Positions 28,177 to 36,509 of a stretch of 64,000 nt of DNA are shown piece by piece (position 1 is the first letter of the stretch; every line of letters begins with the position of its first letter). Where the stretch lies: the sequence record MN871446.1, one strand, 5' to 3'. The position numbers and the translations under genes are program-made. This DNA is from Klebsiella phage KpLz-2_45. The notes below the pieces were generated by a model. It worked only from the letters and a program-made list of their open reading frames with translations, was not told where the DNA came from and made no database searches.

Positions 28177-28821
28177 ATGTTTGATAAAAACGCAGCATTA
28201 AAATTACAGCAGTCGTTAAAGAACGCAGGTTTCGATCCGAAAGGCGTTGATGGTTTATGGGGTAAGAACTCGCAAGCGGCACTTGATGCTTCTTTCGAGA
28301 AGTATGACATCGCGTGGAGTGCAATCCCCTCACTGGAGTTCGTCAACAAGACGAAAGACATCGTGGCAAAATTAGGCGGTGATCCGAGTCATTTGATGTC
28401 GTGCATGGCGTTTGAAACCGGCCGTACCTTTAGCCCCACAATTAAAAACGGTGCAGGTGCGCCTTACTGGGGAATCATTCAGGGCGGTGCCGCATTCTGC
28501 AAAGACGTCGGGATCACACTTGATCAGTGGAAGTCCATGACCAACGTACAACAGCTAGACTACGTCTATAAATGGTATATCCCTTATAAAGGGAAACTGA
28601 ACGATCTGCCGTCTTGGTATTTAAGAATTCTCTGGCCCGTTGCCGTGACCAAACCGGATTCTTACGTCATGTGGGACAGTAAAACGCGTCCGACGACCTA
28701 TATCCAGAACAAGGGTCTCGACGTGAACAAAGATGGGTTGATTACGCGTGGGGAAGTGGCTAAAGTTATTTACAACATGTATGCGGAAGGTTGTTTAATC
28801 GAAAAACGCCGACCGCTTTAA
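28177..28821 (+). CDS. endolysin: N-terminal peptidoglycan-binding domain (PG_binding_1-like) plus C-terminal muralytic domain
   Basis: SD GAGAGG. Repeat-like motif FDPKGVDGLWGKNSQAALDA is typical of PG_binding_1. C-terminal part contains CMAFETGRTFSP...WGIIQGG (Glu-containing, lysozyme-like). Confidence 0.7.
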   Translation: MFDKNAALKLQQSLKNAGFDPKGVDGLWGKNSQAALDASFEKYDIAWSAIPSLEFVNKTKDIVAKLGGDPSHLMSCMAFETGRTFSPTIKNGAGAPYWGIIQGGAAFCKDVGITLDQWKSMTNVQQLDYVYKWYIPYKGKLNDLPSWYLRILWPVAVTKPDSYVMWDSKTRPTTYIQNKGLDVNKDGLITRGEVAKVIYNMYAEGCLIEKRRPL

Positions 28822-28831
28822 GCGAGGCGAT

Positions 28832-28957
28832 ATGGGTGTGAGTACTCTTACCGGTGTTGACGTTATAATTATTTGCACCGGTATTCTTGTCACCATGGCT
28901 ACAACAGCGTTTGTTATTTCTATCCTGTTTGATGACAAAAATAAAAAAGATGAATAA
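28832..28957 (+). CDS. small single-TM protein (41 aa) downstream of the endolysin; candidate holin, antiholin or lysis-accessory protein
   Basis: Not in the ORF track because it is under 60 aa. SD GAGGCG 5 nt upstream. Translation MGVSTLTGVDVIIICTGILVTMATTAFVISILFDDKNKKDE gives a hydrophobic core and a charged C-tail. Ends at the terminator. Confidence 0.45.
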   Translation: MGVSTLTGVDVIIICTGILVTMATTAFVISILFDDKNKKDE

Positions 28958-28962
28958 ATAAA

Positions 28963-28997
28963 AGAGAGAGTCCATTTGGACTCTCTCTTTGTGTTTT
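28963..28997. terminator. bidirectional intrinsic terminator
   Basis: Stem AGAGAGAGTCCA/TGGACTCTCTCT with TTT loop. TTGTGTTTT lies on the plus side and TTTTATTTATT on the minus side. Serves the lysis module (+) and the convergent gene 28996..29595 (-). Confidence 0.75.
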
Positions 28998-29595
28998 ACC
29001 CTAAATGCTTCACCGCGAGATCGAAAACTTTTTGCTTCACGTCATCGAAGGTGAACAGACGTTCGTAAGCGGTTTCTTTCTGGTTCCACAACTTGTCCAT
29101 CAAAAAGACGTTACTGACTTCGTTGCGATCAGTACCATTCCAGTGCGGGTTATCGTCAAAGAGGTAATACTGATACCCCTTAAGGTTCTGGTCTAACCAC
29201 GTCTTTTTACACGGCACAATGGCAGGGTCAAGGAAAACCCCTTCCATCTCAATACCCAGACGATCAAACTGTTTCTGCGTAAACTCTGCTGCGCGAGGAT
29301 GATACCCGCGGTGCGTGGCGAACATCGTTTGAATGCGAGAACCAAAGACCGTTTGCATTTCTTTAATGAGCGAAGGGAGTTGCTCAAAACCCGAAACCCA
29401 TTCTGCTTCTTCCATGAAATGACCGTCTTCTAAAACCGCCTTGAGGTAAGGTGCTTCAAACGGATCGGTTCTCGAGAGACGGTTCTTCCAAACCAGACCA
29501 CAGTTGAAGGTCCGATTGATCCAATTAGTCATCGCCACTTCAGTTTCGAATTTAGTGTCATCTAAATCGAAAACGAACATCAACTTTTCCATCAT
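28996..29595 (-). CDS. HAD-superfamily phosphatase, 5'-nucleotidase-like
   Basis: N-terminal HAD motif I FVFDLDDTKF (hhhDxDxT). Size and layout are consistent with 5'(3')-deoxyribonucleotidase-type small HAD enzymes. Confidence 0.5.
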   Translation of the reverse strand: MMEKLMFVFDLDDTKFETEVAMTNWINRTFNCGLVWKNRLSRTDPFEAPYLKAVLEDGHFMEEAEWVSGFEQLPSLIKEMQTVFGSRIQTMFATHRGYHPRAAEFTQKQFDRLGIEMEGVFLDPAIVPCKKTWLDQNLKGYQYYLFDDNPHWNGTDRNEVSNVFLMDKLWNQKETAYERLFTFDDVKQKVFDLAVKHLG

Positions 29596-30092
29596 TTACC
29601 TTTACGTTGAATGTAGAGTTCAAGCGACTCTTTGAGATTCTCAAGGAAGCTTTGGTTTTGACTGGTCAATTTCAAAGTTCCACCGCTCCCGGAAATGACC
29701 AGAGTTTGCCAGAATAAAGAAATGGCGTTAAACTTCCTCAGATCGATGTGGAGCGTATGAGGTCCCCAATAGACCATTATCTCAAGGTCTTGAATAAAAC
29801 GCGTTCTAGGGTGTTCTGAGGAGTTCTCAAAGACCCCTTCGTGAAGAAGATAGTCCGACCACTGCGAGATGATATATTTAAAGACGGTTTCCGCCTCTAC
29901 AAGGTCAAGCGTTTGGATGTTAGTGATGTTGTTATCCTGGTCGATAACCGAGACAAAAGTTTTCGGATAGAGCGTACCTAAACTCTGCGCTTTATCAACG
30001 TTTTTGATTCGGTTAAGGTCAACGTAGTAAACACCCTTGGTCGTCGAGATGAACAGTTTATCCGACTGTATCCGTTGTAAAAGAGTTTCCAT
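29592..30092 (-). CDS. hypothetical protein
   Basis: 166-aa ORF coupled (ATGA overlap) to the HAD gene. Lies between the DHH and HAD genes. Confidence 0.5.
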   Translation of the reverse strand: METLLQRIQSDKLFISTTKGVYYVDLNRIKNVDKAQSLGTLYPKTFVSVIDQDNNITNIQTLDLVEAETVFKYIISQWSDYLLHEGVFENSSEHPRTRFIQDLEIMVYWGPHTLHIDLRKFNAISLFWQTLVISGSGGTLKLTSQNQSFLENLKESLELYIQRKGK

Positions 30093-30097
30093 CGATA

Positions 30098-31060
30098 TTA
30101 CCCTTTGTTATTTGTACCCAGTTCACTGTATTGATCGAGTAAAAAGTTAAGATACGCCTCATGGGGATCAGTGCGGAAAATCATCTCATGAAGCACGGTA
30201 AAAGGCACAGGATGGTCAAAGACCCCGCCAGCAGCCTCAGCGTGCCCACCACCGTTAAATCGCACCGCGGCTTGTTGTGCCAAACCTGTCCCTTTGCGTG
30301 ATCGGAACGACAAACCGAGACCGTTCCGGTTTAACGTTACGTTCACGACCAGATTAACTTTGTCGTCTTGGGCCATGATTGTACTGGCCGCTTCAGAAGC
30401 GTAATAATACGGAGCAGAAATATACGCCACTGAGAAAGGACTTTCTGCCGCCTCTTCAATAATGACTGCTTTATTCAGGTGAAACGCAATATTTTTATCC
30501 CGACCTTTTACTAACAGTTCGGCCTGCGGGCGGAGAATTTCTTCAACTTGTTCTTTGCTGTATTTAAACAACCCAATGAAAGGTGGGAAAATTTCATCCT
30601 TATCCCCCTTCCTCAAATACTGAACAAAGAGCTCGTGGTAATTCCGTTCGCTCTCTTCTGCAATCCAGAGGTCGCGGTTATTGATTAAACGAATCACTTC
30701 TGGCATAGGGGTAGAATTAACATATTTCCATGCTAAACCCGCCCCTGAAAGTTCTGTGTCGAAATAAACAACCGTCGCCCCGAAGAATTTTTGGATCTTA
30801 TCACATTCTTCTTTTTTGTCTGCATGATGATCGAGGATCACAATAGACCGTATACGTGCCGCGTTCTTCTCAACCCATTCAAACGGCGGAGTGAAATCGA
30901 CAAAAACAATATGCACCGGCTCCTCATTTTCTAAGTCCGGCATAGCACGGTAGTTTACCGGGATGAAAGTCTGCAGCCTTGTATATTGATACATGATTGC
31001 CGCCGCCGCAAAACCGTCCATGCAAAGGTCGTGGTAATAAACGATTATTTCATTATTCAT
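30098..31060 (-). CDS. DHH/DHHA1-family phosphoesterase (NrnA-like nanoRNase / pAp- or cyclic-nucleotide phosphodiesterase family)
   Basis: Motif I YYHDLCMDGFAAAAI. Motif III ILDHHADK (DHH). C-terminal DHHA1 signature RFNGGGHAEAAGG (GGGH). Confidence 0.8.
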   Translation of the reverse strand: MNNEIIVYYHDLCMDGFAAAAIMYQYTRLQTFIPVNYRAMPDLENEEPVHIVFVDFTPPFEWVEKNAARIRSIVILDHHADKKEECDKIQKFFGATVVYFDTELSGAGLAWKYVNSTPMPEVIRLINNRDLWIAEESERNYHELFVQYLRKGDKDEIFPPFIGLFKYSKEQVEEILRPQAELLVKGRDKNIAFHLNKAVIIEEAAESPFSVAYISAPYYYASEAASTIMAQDDKVNLVVNVTLNRNGLGLSFRSRKGTGLAQQAAVRFNGGGHAEAAGGVFDHPVPFTVLHEMIFRTDPHEAYLNFLLDQYSELGTNNKG

Positions 31061-31067
31061 AAATTCT

Positions 31068-31100
31068 CCAAAAAAATAAAAGAGGGGAAAATTCCCCTCT
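31068..31100 (-). terminator. intrinsic terminator
   Basis: Stem AGAGGGGA/TCCCCTCT. On the minus strand it is followed by TTTTATTTTTTTGG. Confidence 0.7.
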
Positions 31101-31107
31101 GTGATAG

Positions 31108-31359
31108 TTAGGCCAGGATTTTTAAAATCTGACGACCGTAGAACGTTTGGGTTAAGACGTTCAATTTAAACTCGGCCTTTTCAGGATAAACAATGAATTG
31201 TTCGCAGATATTTTTCGTCTCGTCAAAACGAAGACGTTTAAAAATCCGTTCCGCGACCCGTTTCATGATTTTTGCTTTTCCGTTGTGTTCGCGAAAGGCT
31301 ATGGCTAATGTAACGAGAAGATCGATCATCTCGTGATCAATTAAACGTCTATCACTCAT
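31108..31359 (-). CDS. hypothetical protein
   Basis: 83-aa ORF. ATGA-type overlap with the upstream gene. Confidence 0.45.
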   Translation of the reverse strand: MSDRRLIDHEMIDLLVTLAIAFREHNGKAKIMKRVAERIFKRLRFDETKNICEQFIVYPEKAEFKLNVLTQTFYGRQILKILA

Positions 31360-31703
31360 CCCGCGACATCCAGATTAGTGTAAAGTACAGAACAAGTGTC
31401 ATCTCCGTCAAAAACAACACCGCTTTCATTCAACCAACGAACGGTTTCTTTTTTCTGCGTGAAAGAGACCGTACTGTAAACTTTATACCCTGGCGTCTGC
31501 GCCTCACCTTCCATGGCAGAAAGCGAAGAAGGCTTAGCACGCATAAAGGTGACATGAACGGTTTTAGGGTTAACGCCAGGGAACAACGTCACCGCGTTTT
31601 TAACCTCAGTGTTGACGCGATCGATACAAGCGCTATTCGGCGCAGCTTGGGCGGTCGTAGCAGTGAACAGTAGAGCGATGGCCATCAAAGTAATCTTTTT
31701 CAT
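31356..31703 (-). CDS. small secreted protein (Sec signal peptide)
   Basis: MKKITLMAIALLFTATTAQA|AP is a classic signal peptide with an AxA site. Confidence 0.55.
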   Translation of the reverse strand: MKKITLMAIALLFTATTAQAAPNSACIDRVNTEVKNAVTLFPGVNPKTVHVTFMRAKPSSLSAMEGEAQTPGYKVYSTVSFTQKKETVRWLNESGVVFDGDDTCSVLYTNLDVAG

Positions 31704-31803
31704 TTTCTTCTCCTTCTAAAACGCGGTTCTTTTGTTCGTTGTCTAAGTGAATCCCGATTTCGCTCATAGCGGCAAAGAAATCGTCGTCGGTGAAATTTTT
31801 CAT
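31633..31803 (-). CDS. small hypothetical protein (start trimmed to give an ATGA overlap with the upstream stop)
   Basis: MKNFTDDDFF... The Met at 31803 overlaps the TGA of the upstream ORF. It overlaps the signal-peptide gene by 71 nt, so it may be spurious. Confidence 0.3.
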   Translation of the reverse strand: MKNFTDDDFFAAMSEIGIHLDNEQKNRVLEGEENEKDYFDGHRSTVHCYDRPSCAE

Positions 31804-32225
31804 TCTGTTACGATAAAACCAAAATTGTTTAACGGTCGGAAAGACCCGTGATCGATAAAACGAGAATAGTCGGAAAGCGTTTCGTACCATCTCAAAATTG
31901 AGGGCGTGAGATTGTAGTACTCAATTCCCTCAATGATAGTTAACCAACTGGTCTCAGTTTGAATATCCAGTAAATATCCTTCATAATCGCAATTTAAAAT
32001 ATCGTAGAGCGTTTCTACGAACAATTCGGTATCTACATCAGAAAGGTGAAGATCACTTCTGGAGAGCGTTTGTAGCGCCTTAAAAATAGGACCTAGCGTT
32101 TCAAAAACTTCCATCCCGTGATAACTCGCGAGTATCCGGATGAATGGCGGATACTCAACGAAAAATCGGCTACGCGACCCCCGGGTAATATCGTAAGTCA
32201 TCAGGGCGACGCTCCTTGAGTTCAC
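31800..32225 (-). CDS. hypothetical protein
   Basis: 141-aa ORF. Confidence 0.45.
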   Translation of the reverse strand: MNSRSVALMTYDITRGSRSRFFVEYPPFIRILASYHGMEVFETLGPIFKALQTLSRSDLHLSDVDTELFVETLYDILNCDYEGYLLDIQTETSWLTIIEGIEYYNLTPSILRWYETLSDYSRFIDHGSFRPLNNFGFIVTE

Positions 32226-32403
32226 GGACTAAAACTTTCAATGGCGACGGCGAGAGTGTCACTTTCATCAGCCAGTTATAACAGTCAATTTCTTTGACTT
32301 TAGTCGCCATTAACCGGGCGGCTGTTTTGATAGCCGTTTGAGTTTTGTGCTCGCTGTACGCCAGTTGTAACGTGAGAAGAATGTGGTCCCATTCAGTTTC
32401 CAT
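32170..32403 (-). CDS. hypothetical protein
   Basis: 77-aa ORF. Confidence 0.4.
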   Translation of the reverse strand: METEWDHILLTLQLAYSEHKTQTAIKTAARLMATKVKEIDCYNWLMKVTLSPSPLKVLVRELKERRPDDLRYYPGVA

Positions 32404-32405
32404 GA

Positions 32406-32828
32406 TTAGCTCCGTGTGAAAATGTCTACCCCAAAGAATCCTGGGGCGTCTTTGTAACTGTCACCCAACTTCCAATAGTCATTGAAGGTGCGGCGTTTAA
32501 GGGTTATCACTCCTTCGTATTCGATCAAAGTTTTATCCGTAATGGCGATATCGGCTTTGATCCCTTTGTCGGTCAGTCTGAAATTACCGATGAAGTGAGA
32601 AGGCGTCACGATCTTTCTAAAACGTGCGAAGAATTCGTTAGTATTTTCCCAAGCGAGTTTAGTTAATTGAGGATTAAGTTCACCCTCAAGAACTTGTCTG
32701 GTTTTAAACGCCCTTGATAACCGTTCGATATCGGCAGCGCGCAGGTAGTTCGGTAAGGGGAGATAAATATTAACTAGTTTACTAACATTAGCCGGTTTAA
32801 ACACGTTGAATACCCTTTCATGAAACAA
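32406..32828 (-). CDS. hypothetical protein
   Basis: 140-aa ORF. Confidence 0.5.
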   Translation of the reverse strand: MFHERVFNVFKPANVSKLVNIYLPLPNYLRAADIERLSRAFKTRQVLEGELNPQLTKLAWENTNEFFARFRKIVTPSHFIGNFRLTDKGIKADIAITDKTLIEYEGVITLKRRTFNDYWKLGDSYKDAPGFFGVDIFTRS

Positions 32829-32854
32829 AACAAATAAGGGCGAAAACGCCCTTA
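32820..32854 (-). terminator. intrinsic terminator
   Basis: Stem TAAGGGCG/CGCCCTTA with AAAA loop. On the minus strand it is followed by TTTGTTTTGTTTC. Confidence 0.65.
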
Positions 32855-32857
32855 GAA

Positions 32858-33025
32858 TTAAATTTTACATGCCCCGCCTTCGCAGTCATCGCTGGCTTCG
32901 ATTTCGGGTTGTTCTTCGATAAACGCTTCGGCTTTCGCTAACGCCGATTCCGCTTCTTCTTCGCTCAGAGTGAATGAATCAAAATCCAGACTTTCGTCTT
33001 TCTTTTCAGGGGTGGTTTGTGACAT
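32858..33025 (-). CDS. small acidic protein (about 55 aa) with a C-terminal CxxxxC pair
   Basis: Not in the track. MSQTTPEKKDESLDFDSFTLSEEEAESALAKAEAFIEEQPEIEASDDCEGGACKI. Sits between two terminators, so it is an independent unit. Confidence 0.4.
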   Translation of the reverse strand: MSQTTPEKKDESLDFDSFTLSEEEAESALAKAEAFIEEQPEIEASDDCEGGACKI

Positions 33026-33084
33026 GGTAACGCTATCCTTTCTTTATTCTAGGCGGCTTGCCTCAAAGAAAGACAGAATAAACT

Positions 33085-33128
33085 TAAAAAAGAAAAAGAT
33101 CTAGGAGCGGAGAGGGTTTACCCTCTCC
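33085..33128 (-). terminator. intrinsic terminator
   Basis: Stem GGAGAGGG/CCCTCTCC with TTTA loop. On the minus strand it is followed by CTTTTTCTTTTTT. Confidence 0.7.
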
Positions 33129-33138
33129 ACCCACTTGT

Positions 33139-33609
33139 TTAGCCGAGATAGAAGCAGTTACCGCCTTTATTTTCGGCGACGATTTTCTTGAGCCCGTTGG
33201 TTGAGAAAACAACGAAGGTCTCCGGATGATCTTGTACGTAAACCTTAACGGTTTTTGCTTTGGTTTTCTTAACGCCTTCGAAGAACAAGCGCCAGTTACT
33301 TGCCCCAACTGTAGAAGCAGGAGAGATCATCTGGTACTTCTGACCGGCCATTTCGATAACCAGCGCGTAGCGATCATCATCGCTGGAAAGCGAGTTGCCA
33401 TTAGTACCGTTCAGAAACAGCGCTTGAACCGGCCATTGGTCGCCAGTATCGCGGCAAGAGAATGCGAGCGAGAAACCGTCGCTATTTTCGGTGTAGAACT
33501 CCAGAGTACCCTGCTGATAAGATTCGGTCCAATTATTGACGATGGCCATGGCATTGAAGGATGCGATAGAGGACAGGGCGATGAGTGAAGCAGCAATGAA
33601 TTTTTTCAT
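33139..33609 (-). CDS. secreted protein (Sec signal peptide)
   Basis: MKKFIAASLIALSSIASFNAMA|IV signal peptide. 156 aa. Confidence 0.6.
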   Translation of the reverse strand: MKKFIAASLIALSSIASFNAMAIVNNWTESYQQGTLEFYTENSDGFSLAFSCRDTGDQWPVQALFLNGTNGNSLSSDDDRYALVIEMAGQKYQMISPASTVGASNWRLFFEGVKKTKAKTVKVYVQDHPETFVVFSTNGLKKIVAENKGGNCFYLG

Positions 33610-33677
33610 GGGATAGACCTTATTAAGTTAATGTAAATAGATAGATAGTTGAACGACAAGGAAACTGCGTCAGTGGA

Positions 33678-33986
33678 CTAGTACCAGTAATTACGGGAAT
33701 GAAACGATTCCCTTGCTACCGCTTCTCTTGTTTTCTGATAAACGAGACCTTCGAAGACAGCGCGCATGATCCAGAAAGCGACATGACTGATCAGGTAGCC
33801 GATTTTACTTAAGAAACAAGTCCAATCACGGAGTTTTCTTATCGAGCGACCTTTCCAGGAATTATCGTAAAGGACTTCTGGTGTTGCGCACTTTGCAGTT
33901 AACTTTTTGTTAGCGATGTAGGTTAAGAAAGTGATCATCGCCAGGACAGCAAAAGTAACAACAGAAATGAACAGATAGAATTCCAT
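33678..33986 (-). CDS. small membrane protein
   Basis: N-terminal TM MEFYLFISVVTFAVLAMITFLTYIA. Confidence 0.5.
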   Translation of the reverse strand: MEFYLFISVVTFAVLAMITFLTYIANKKLTAKCATPEVLYDNSWKGRSIRKLRDWTCFLSKIGYLISHVAFWIMRAVFEGLVYQKTREAVARESFHSRNYWY

Positions 33987-34006
33987 GGAGTAGTCCTCGG
34001 TTTGTC

Positions 34007-34315
34007 TTAAAGTGGTTGGTAGTCAGCATCATCAAATTTGTCGTGCCACGTGCGACGGTTCTTGCCGGACACGCGATGGCGGTTACGATGACGTTTGTGT
34101 TTTTCTTTTTGTCTTTCCGTTGGTTCACCGTAGAAAAGAACATCGTTAACAGCAGGTTCTTCGTTAACAATTTCTTCGGCGGCACAAACTACTTCGGTCG
34201 TTACCTCTTCGGTAACGACGTCGGCGTCAACCTTACCGCGGTAGAATATGGTAAAAAATGCACTACAGAGTAAACCAATGACAACAAGAATAGCAAAAAT
34301 GATTAAAAAAGTCAT
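34007..34315 (-). CDS. small membrane protein with a charged tail
   Basis: TM MTFLIIFAILVVIGLLCSAFFTIFY, then an acidic segment, then a basic one (KHKRHRNRHR). Confidence 0.5.
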   Translation of the reverse strand: MTFLIIFAILVVIGLLCSAFFTIFYRGKVDADVVTEEVTTEVVCAAEEIVNEEPAVNDVLFYGEPTERQKEKHKRHRNRHRVSGKNRRTWHDKFDDADYQPL

Positions 34316-34388
34316 GGTTATATCTCCTTATTTTTAGCGAACAAAGTTTTTAAAGTTTAACTACGAACTCAACGACGACAATTTTTAC

Positions 34389-34661
34389 TTAGCACCAATA
34401 GTTATTAATTTCCAACTCTACTTCAATTACGTATTTAAAAACCAACGCGGAAACAGGCACGAAGATAAAGAGGATTGCGTAATACGGTACAAACGCGCAG
34501 CTCAACAGAGCAGAGATACCGACCAAGCAAGAGAAGATGTAGCAACCTTTAATGATCTCATTGCGTTTTTCGATATCGAATAACTTATTACGATCAACGG
34601 CAACTGCAATGATAATCGCTATCGCTGCTAATAAGCCCATTACGATAGTAAAGATTAACAT
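34389..34661 (-). CDS. small multi-TM membrane protein
   Basis: Two or three hydrophobic helices in 90 aa. Confidence 0.5.
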   Translation of the reverse strand: MLIFTIVMGLLAAIAIIIAVAVDRNKLFDIEKRNEIIKGCYIFSCLVGISALLSCAFVPYYAILFIFVPVSALVFKYVIEVELEINNYWC

Positions 34662-34996
34662 AATTTTTTCCTTTTACTTTAAGAGTAGACTTAGATGTGA
34701 GAGAGTTGTTTGCGTTATAAGAGTCGCATACGGCGATGTCCAGAACCAGACGGCGAAGCCTGTCATTTGTTCTGCAACTACCGAACCAGTAAGAGGGTTT
34801 ACTGCTATTGTCCCTGAACTCTGATCTTTCCTCGATTTCGGAAGAGTCAGTAGGTACAACGCCACAGCCTCGATTACAGGTGTCGGGTGAGTAACGAGAA
34901 ATATCGTCTTATAACGGTTTGAGAGTGTGAGAATTTAATTTAGCTTATCGTAAGGCGTTTCCTTCTTATCTCGTGTGCCAAGGGTGAGGTGACGAC

Positions 34997-35284
34997 TTAA
35001 GCGGTTACCGCTGCGTCAGAGACGTCGGTCTCGCCTGCGTCAGTCGCAGTCTCGCCGTCAGTGGCAGGAGAAATGACGGTTTTGAGGTTGTTGTAGCTAT
35101 CGTGAATATAGCTGAAGATAACCAAGACCGCAAAAGCGTAGGCCGCCACTTCCATGGCAGTAGCCATGCAGAACGCGGCGAAGATTGCCAGCGCGGCAAC
35201 GATCAGGGTGTCGGTGATGAAAGCAAAGATTGCTTTGGTTTTCTCAGTGAAAGAGAAAGAGAAGAACGCTTTGATTTTTTCCAT
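34997..35284 (-). CDS. small membrane protein
   Basis: Two TM helices and an acidic C-tail (TDGETATDAGETDVSDAAVTA). Confidence 0.5.
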   Translation of the reverse strand: MEKIKAFFSFSFTEKTKAIFAFITDTLIVAALAIFAAFCMATAMEVAAYAFAVLVIFSYIHDSYNNLKTVISPATDGETATDAGETDVSDAAVTA

Positions 35285-35364
35285 GATAATTTACCTTTTG
35301 AATTGAATATTTTAACTACGGGTGAGAGTGCACTACTCACGCTGTTGAGAGGCAGCGCTTACTA

Positions 35365-35484
35365 CTATTTGACCGCTTTTAAGTAACTCCCTACGGCGAC
35401 GGCGAAAACACAGGCCGGGAGTAAAGCCAAGTCAAGAATAAGTACCGAGGAAATAATTCCCAGTACCGCGAAAGACGTTTTCAT
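35365..35484 (-). CDS. tiny membrane protein (39 aa)
   Basis: Not in the track. MKTSFAVLGIISSVLILDLALLPACVFAVAVGSYLKAVK. Its ATG overlaps the TAA of the upstream micro-gene by 1 nt. Confidence 0.35.
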   Translation of the reverse strand: MKTSFAVLGIISSVLILDLALLPACVFAVAVGSYLKAVK

Positions 35485-35654
35485 TACAACGCCTCCGGTG
35501 AATGGGTTGCGTTGAAATTGGCTTTGTTAGTTTGCTCTTCTAAAAACGCTCCGGCGGCCCCTGCTATGAAAGCTACCAGAAGTGTTGGGATGATAGTCAG
35601 TTCAAAGAAGGTGCAGATCAGCAGGGTGAGAATTAATGCGATGAAGTAAGTCAT
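35484..35654 (-). CDS. tiny membrane protein (56 aa)
   Basis: Not in the track. MTYFIALILTLLICTFFELTIIPTLLVAFIAGAAGAFLEEQTNKANFNATHSPEAL. Confidence 0.4.
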   Translation of the reverse strand: MTYFIALILTLLICTFFELTIIPTLLVAFIAGAAGAFLEEQTNKANFNATHSPEAL

Positions 35655-35669
35655 GATGATTTCTCCTTC

Positions 35670-35828
35670 TTAGGGTAAATAGGTAACGGTGACTAACAGA
35701 GCGAACGGTGAAACGATATACCAGACGAGCACAGAGACGAATCCGTAAAGGATGGCCATCGGTAACGAGACGCCGAAACAAAGCAACGCAATGAGCGTGA
35801 CAATTAATAAAAGTATACTTTCTTTCAT
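35670..35828 (-). CDS. tiny membrane protein (52 aa)
   Basis: Not in the track. MKESILLLIVTLIALLCFGVSLPMAILYGFVSVLVWYIVSPFALLVTVTYLP. Preceded by the conserved leader AACTAAACCAATAAGAGG. Confidence 0.4.
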   Translation of the reverse strand: MKESILLLIVTLIALLCFGVSLPMAILYGFVSVLVWYIVSPFALLVTVTYLP

Positions 35829-35939
35829 TTTACTTTACCTCTTATTGGTTTAGTTATTTGGAAAAGACTTTTTCCTTTCCTATTTCACCTTAGCAATATA
35901 TACATCAAAAAAACTGCATTTCGATTTATTGAAGTTTTT
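35829..35939. promoter_or_regulatory. conserved divergent intergenic cassette, copy B
   Basis: Leader CTTATTGGTTTAGTTA (35841-35856). Pyrimidine tract TTTTTCCTTTCC. Box CACCTTAGCAATATATACATCAAAAAAACTGCATTTC (35886-35922), about 95% identical to copy A. Confidence 0.5.
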
Positions 35940-36509
35940 ATGAAACATCTACCTCGGGGATTGAATACGATGAAGAAAATTACGCTTTGGGGACATCCTG
36001 TTCCGTTATTGGGCTTCTTACACTGGTTGAGTTTTTTATTGATCTACTTCGCAGCGTTGATCATTTGCGTCATTATCACACCGTTTTTACCGGCGTTTGC
36101 GACGAAAGACGGGAAACTACCGAAATGGCTGAAATGGTTCGACACACCGGACAATAGTTTAGACGGGGATTCCGGTTGGAAAGAGAAACACTCTCTCTGG
36201 GTAAAGGTACTCCCTGATTGGGCGCAAACTTACGTCGCCCGTGTCTTTTGGCTATACCGCAACCCGTTGTACGGTTTTTCTATTAGCGTGTTAGGTGCAC
36301 CAAAAGACAAATTCCGTCAACCTGTTTTAGAGGGTAAAGGGTTTGATGTTAAAGGCACCTATAAGTCCCATTACTGGATGGTCTACTTCATGCGTGACGA
36401 TCACGTGAAGAAGCGCCGGTTTAAGGTTTACATTGGGTGGAAACTGAAAGCAGAAGGATTTGAGAAATACCAGTTTGCATTTCTGATCAACCCGTTCCAA
36501 ACGCCGTAA
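35940..36509 (+). CDS. membrane-anchored protein (N-terminal TM, Trp/Lys-rich ectodomain)
   Basis: 189-aa ORF. An internal ATG at 35970 (MKKITLWG..) has a better SD (GGGGA). Followed by a bidirectional terminator. Confidence 0.55.
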   Translation: MKHLPRGLNTMKKITLWGHPVPLLGFLHWLSFLLIYFAALIICVIITPFLPAFATKDGKLPKWLKWFDTPDNSLDGDSGWKEKHSLWVKVLPDWAQTYVARVFWLYRNPLYGFSISVLGAPKDKFRQPVLEGKGFDVKGTYKSHYWMVYFMRDDHVKKRRFKVYIGWKLKAEGFEKYQFAFLINPFQTP

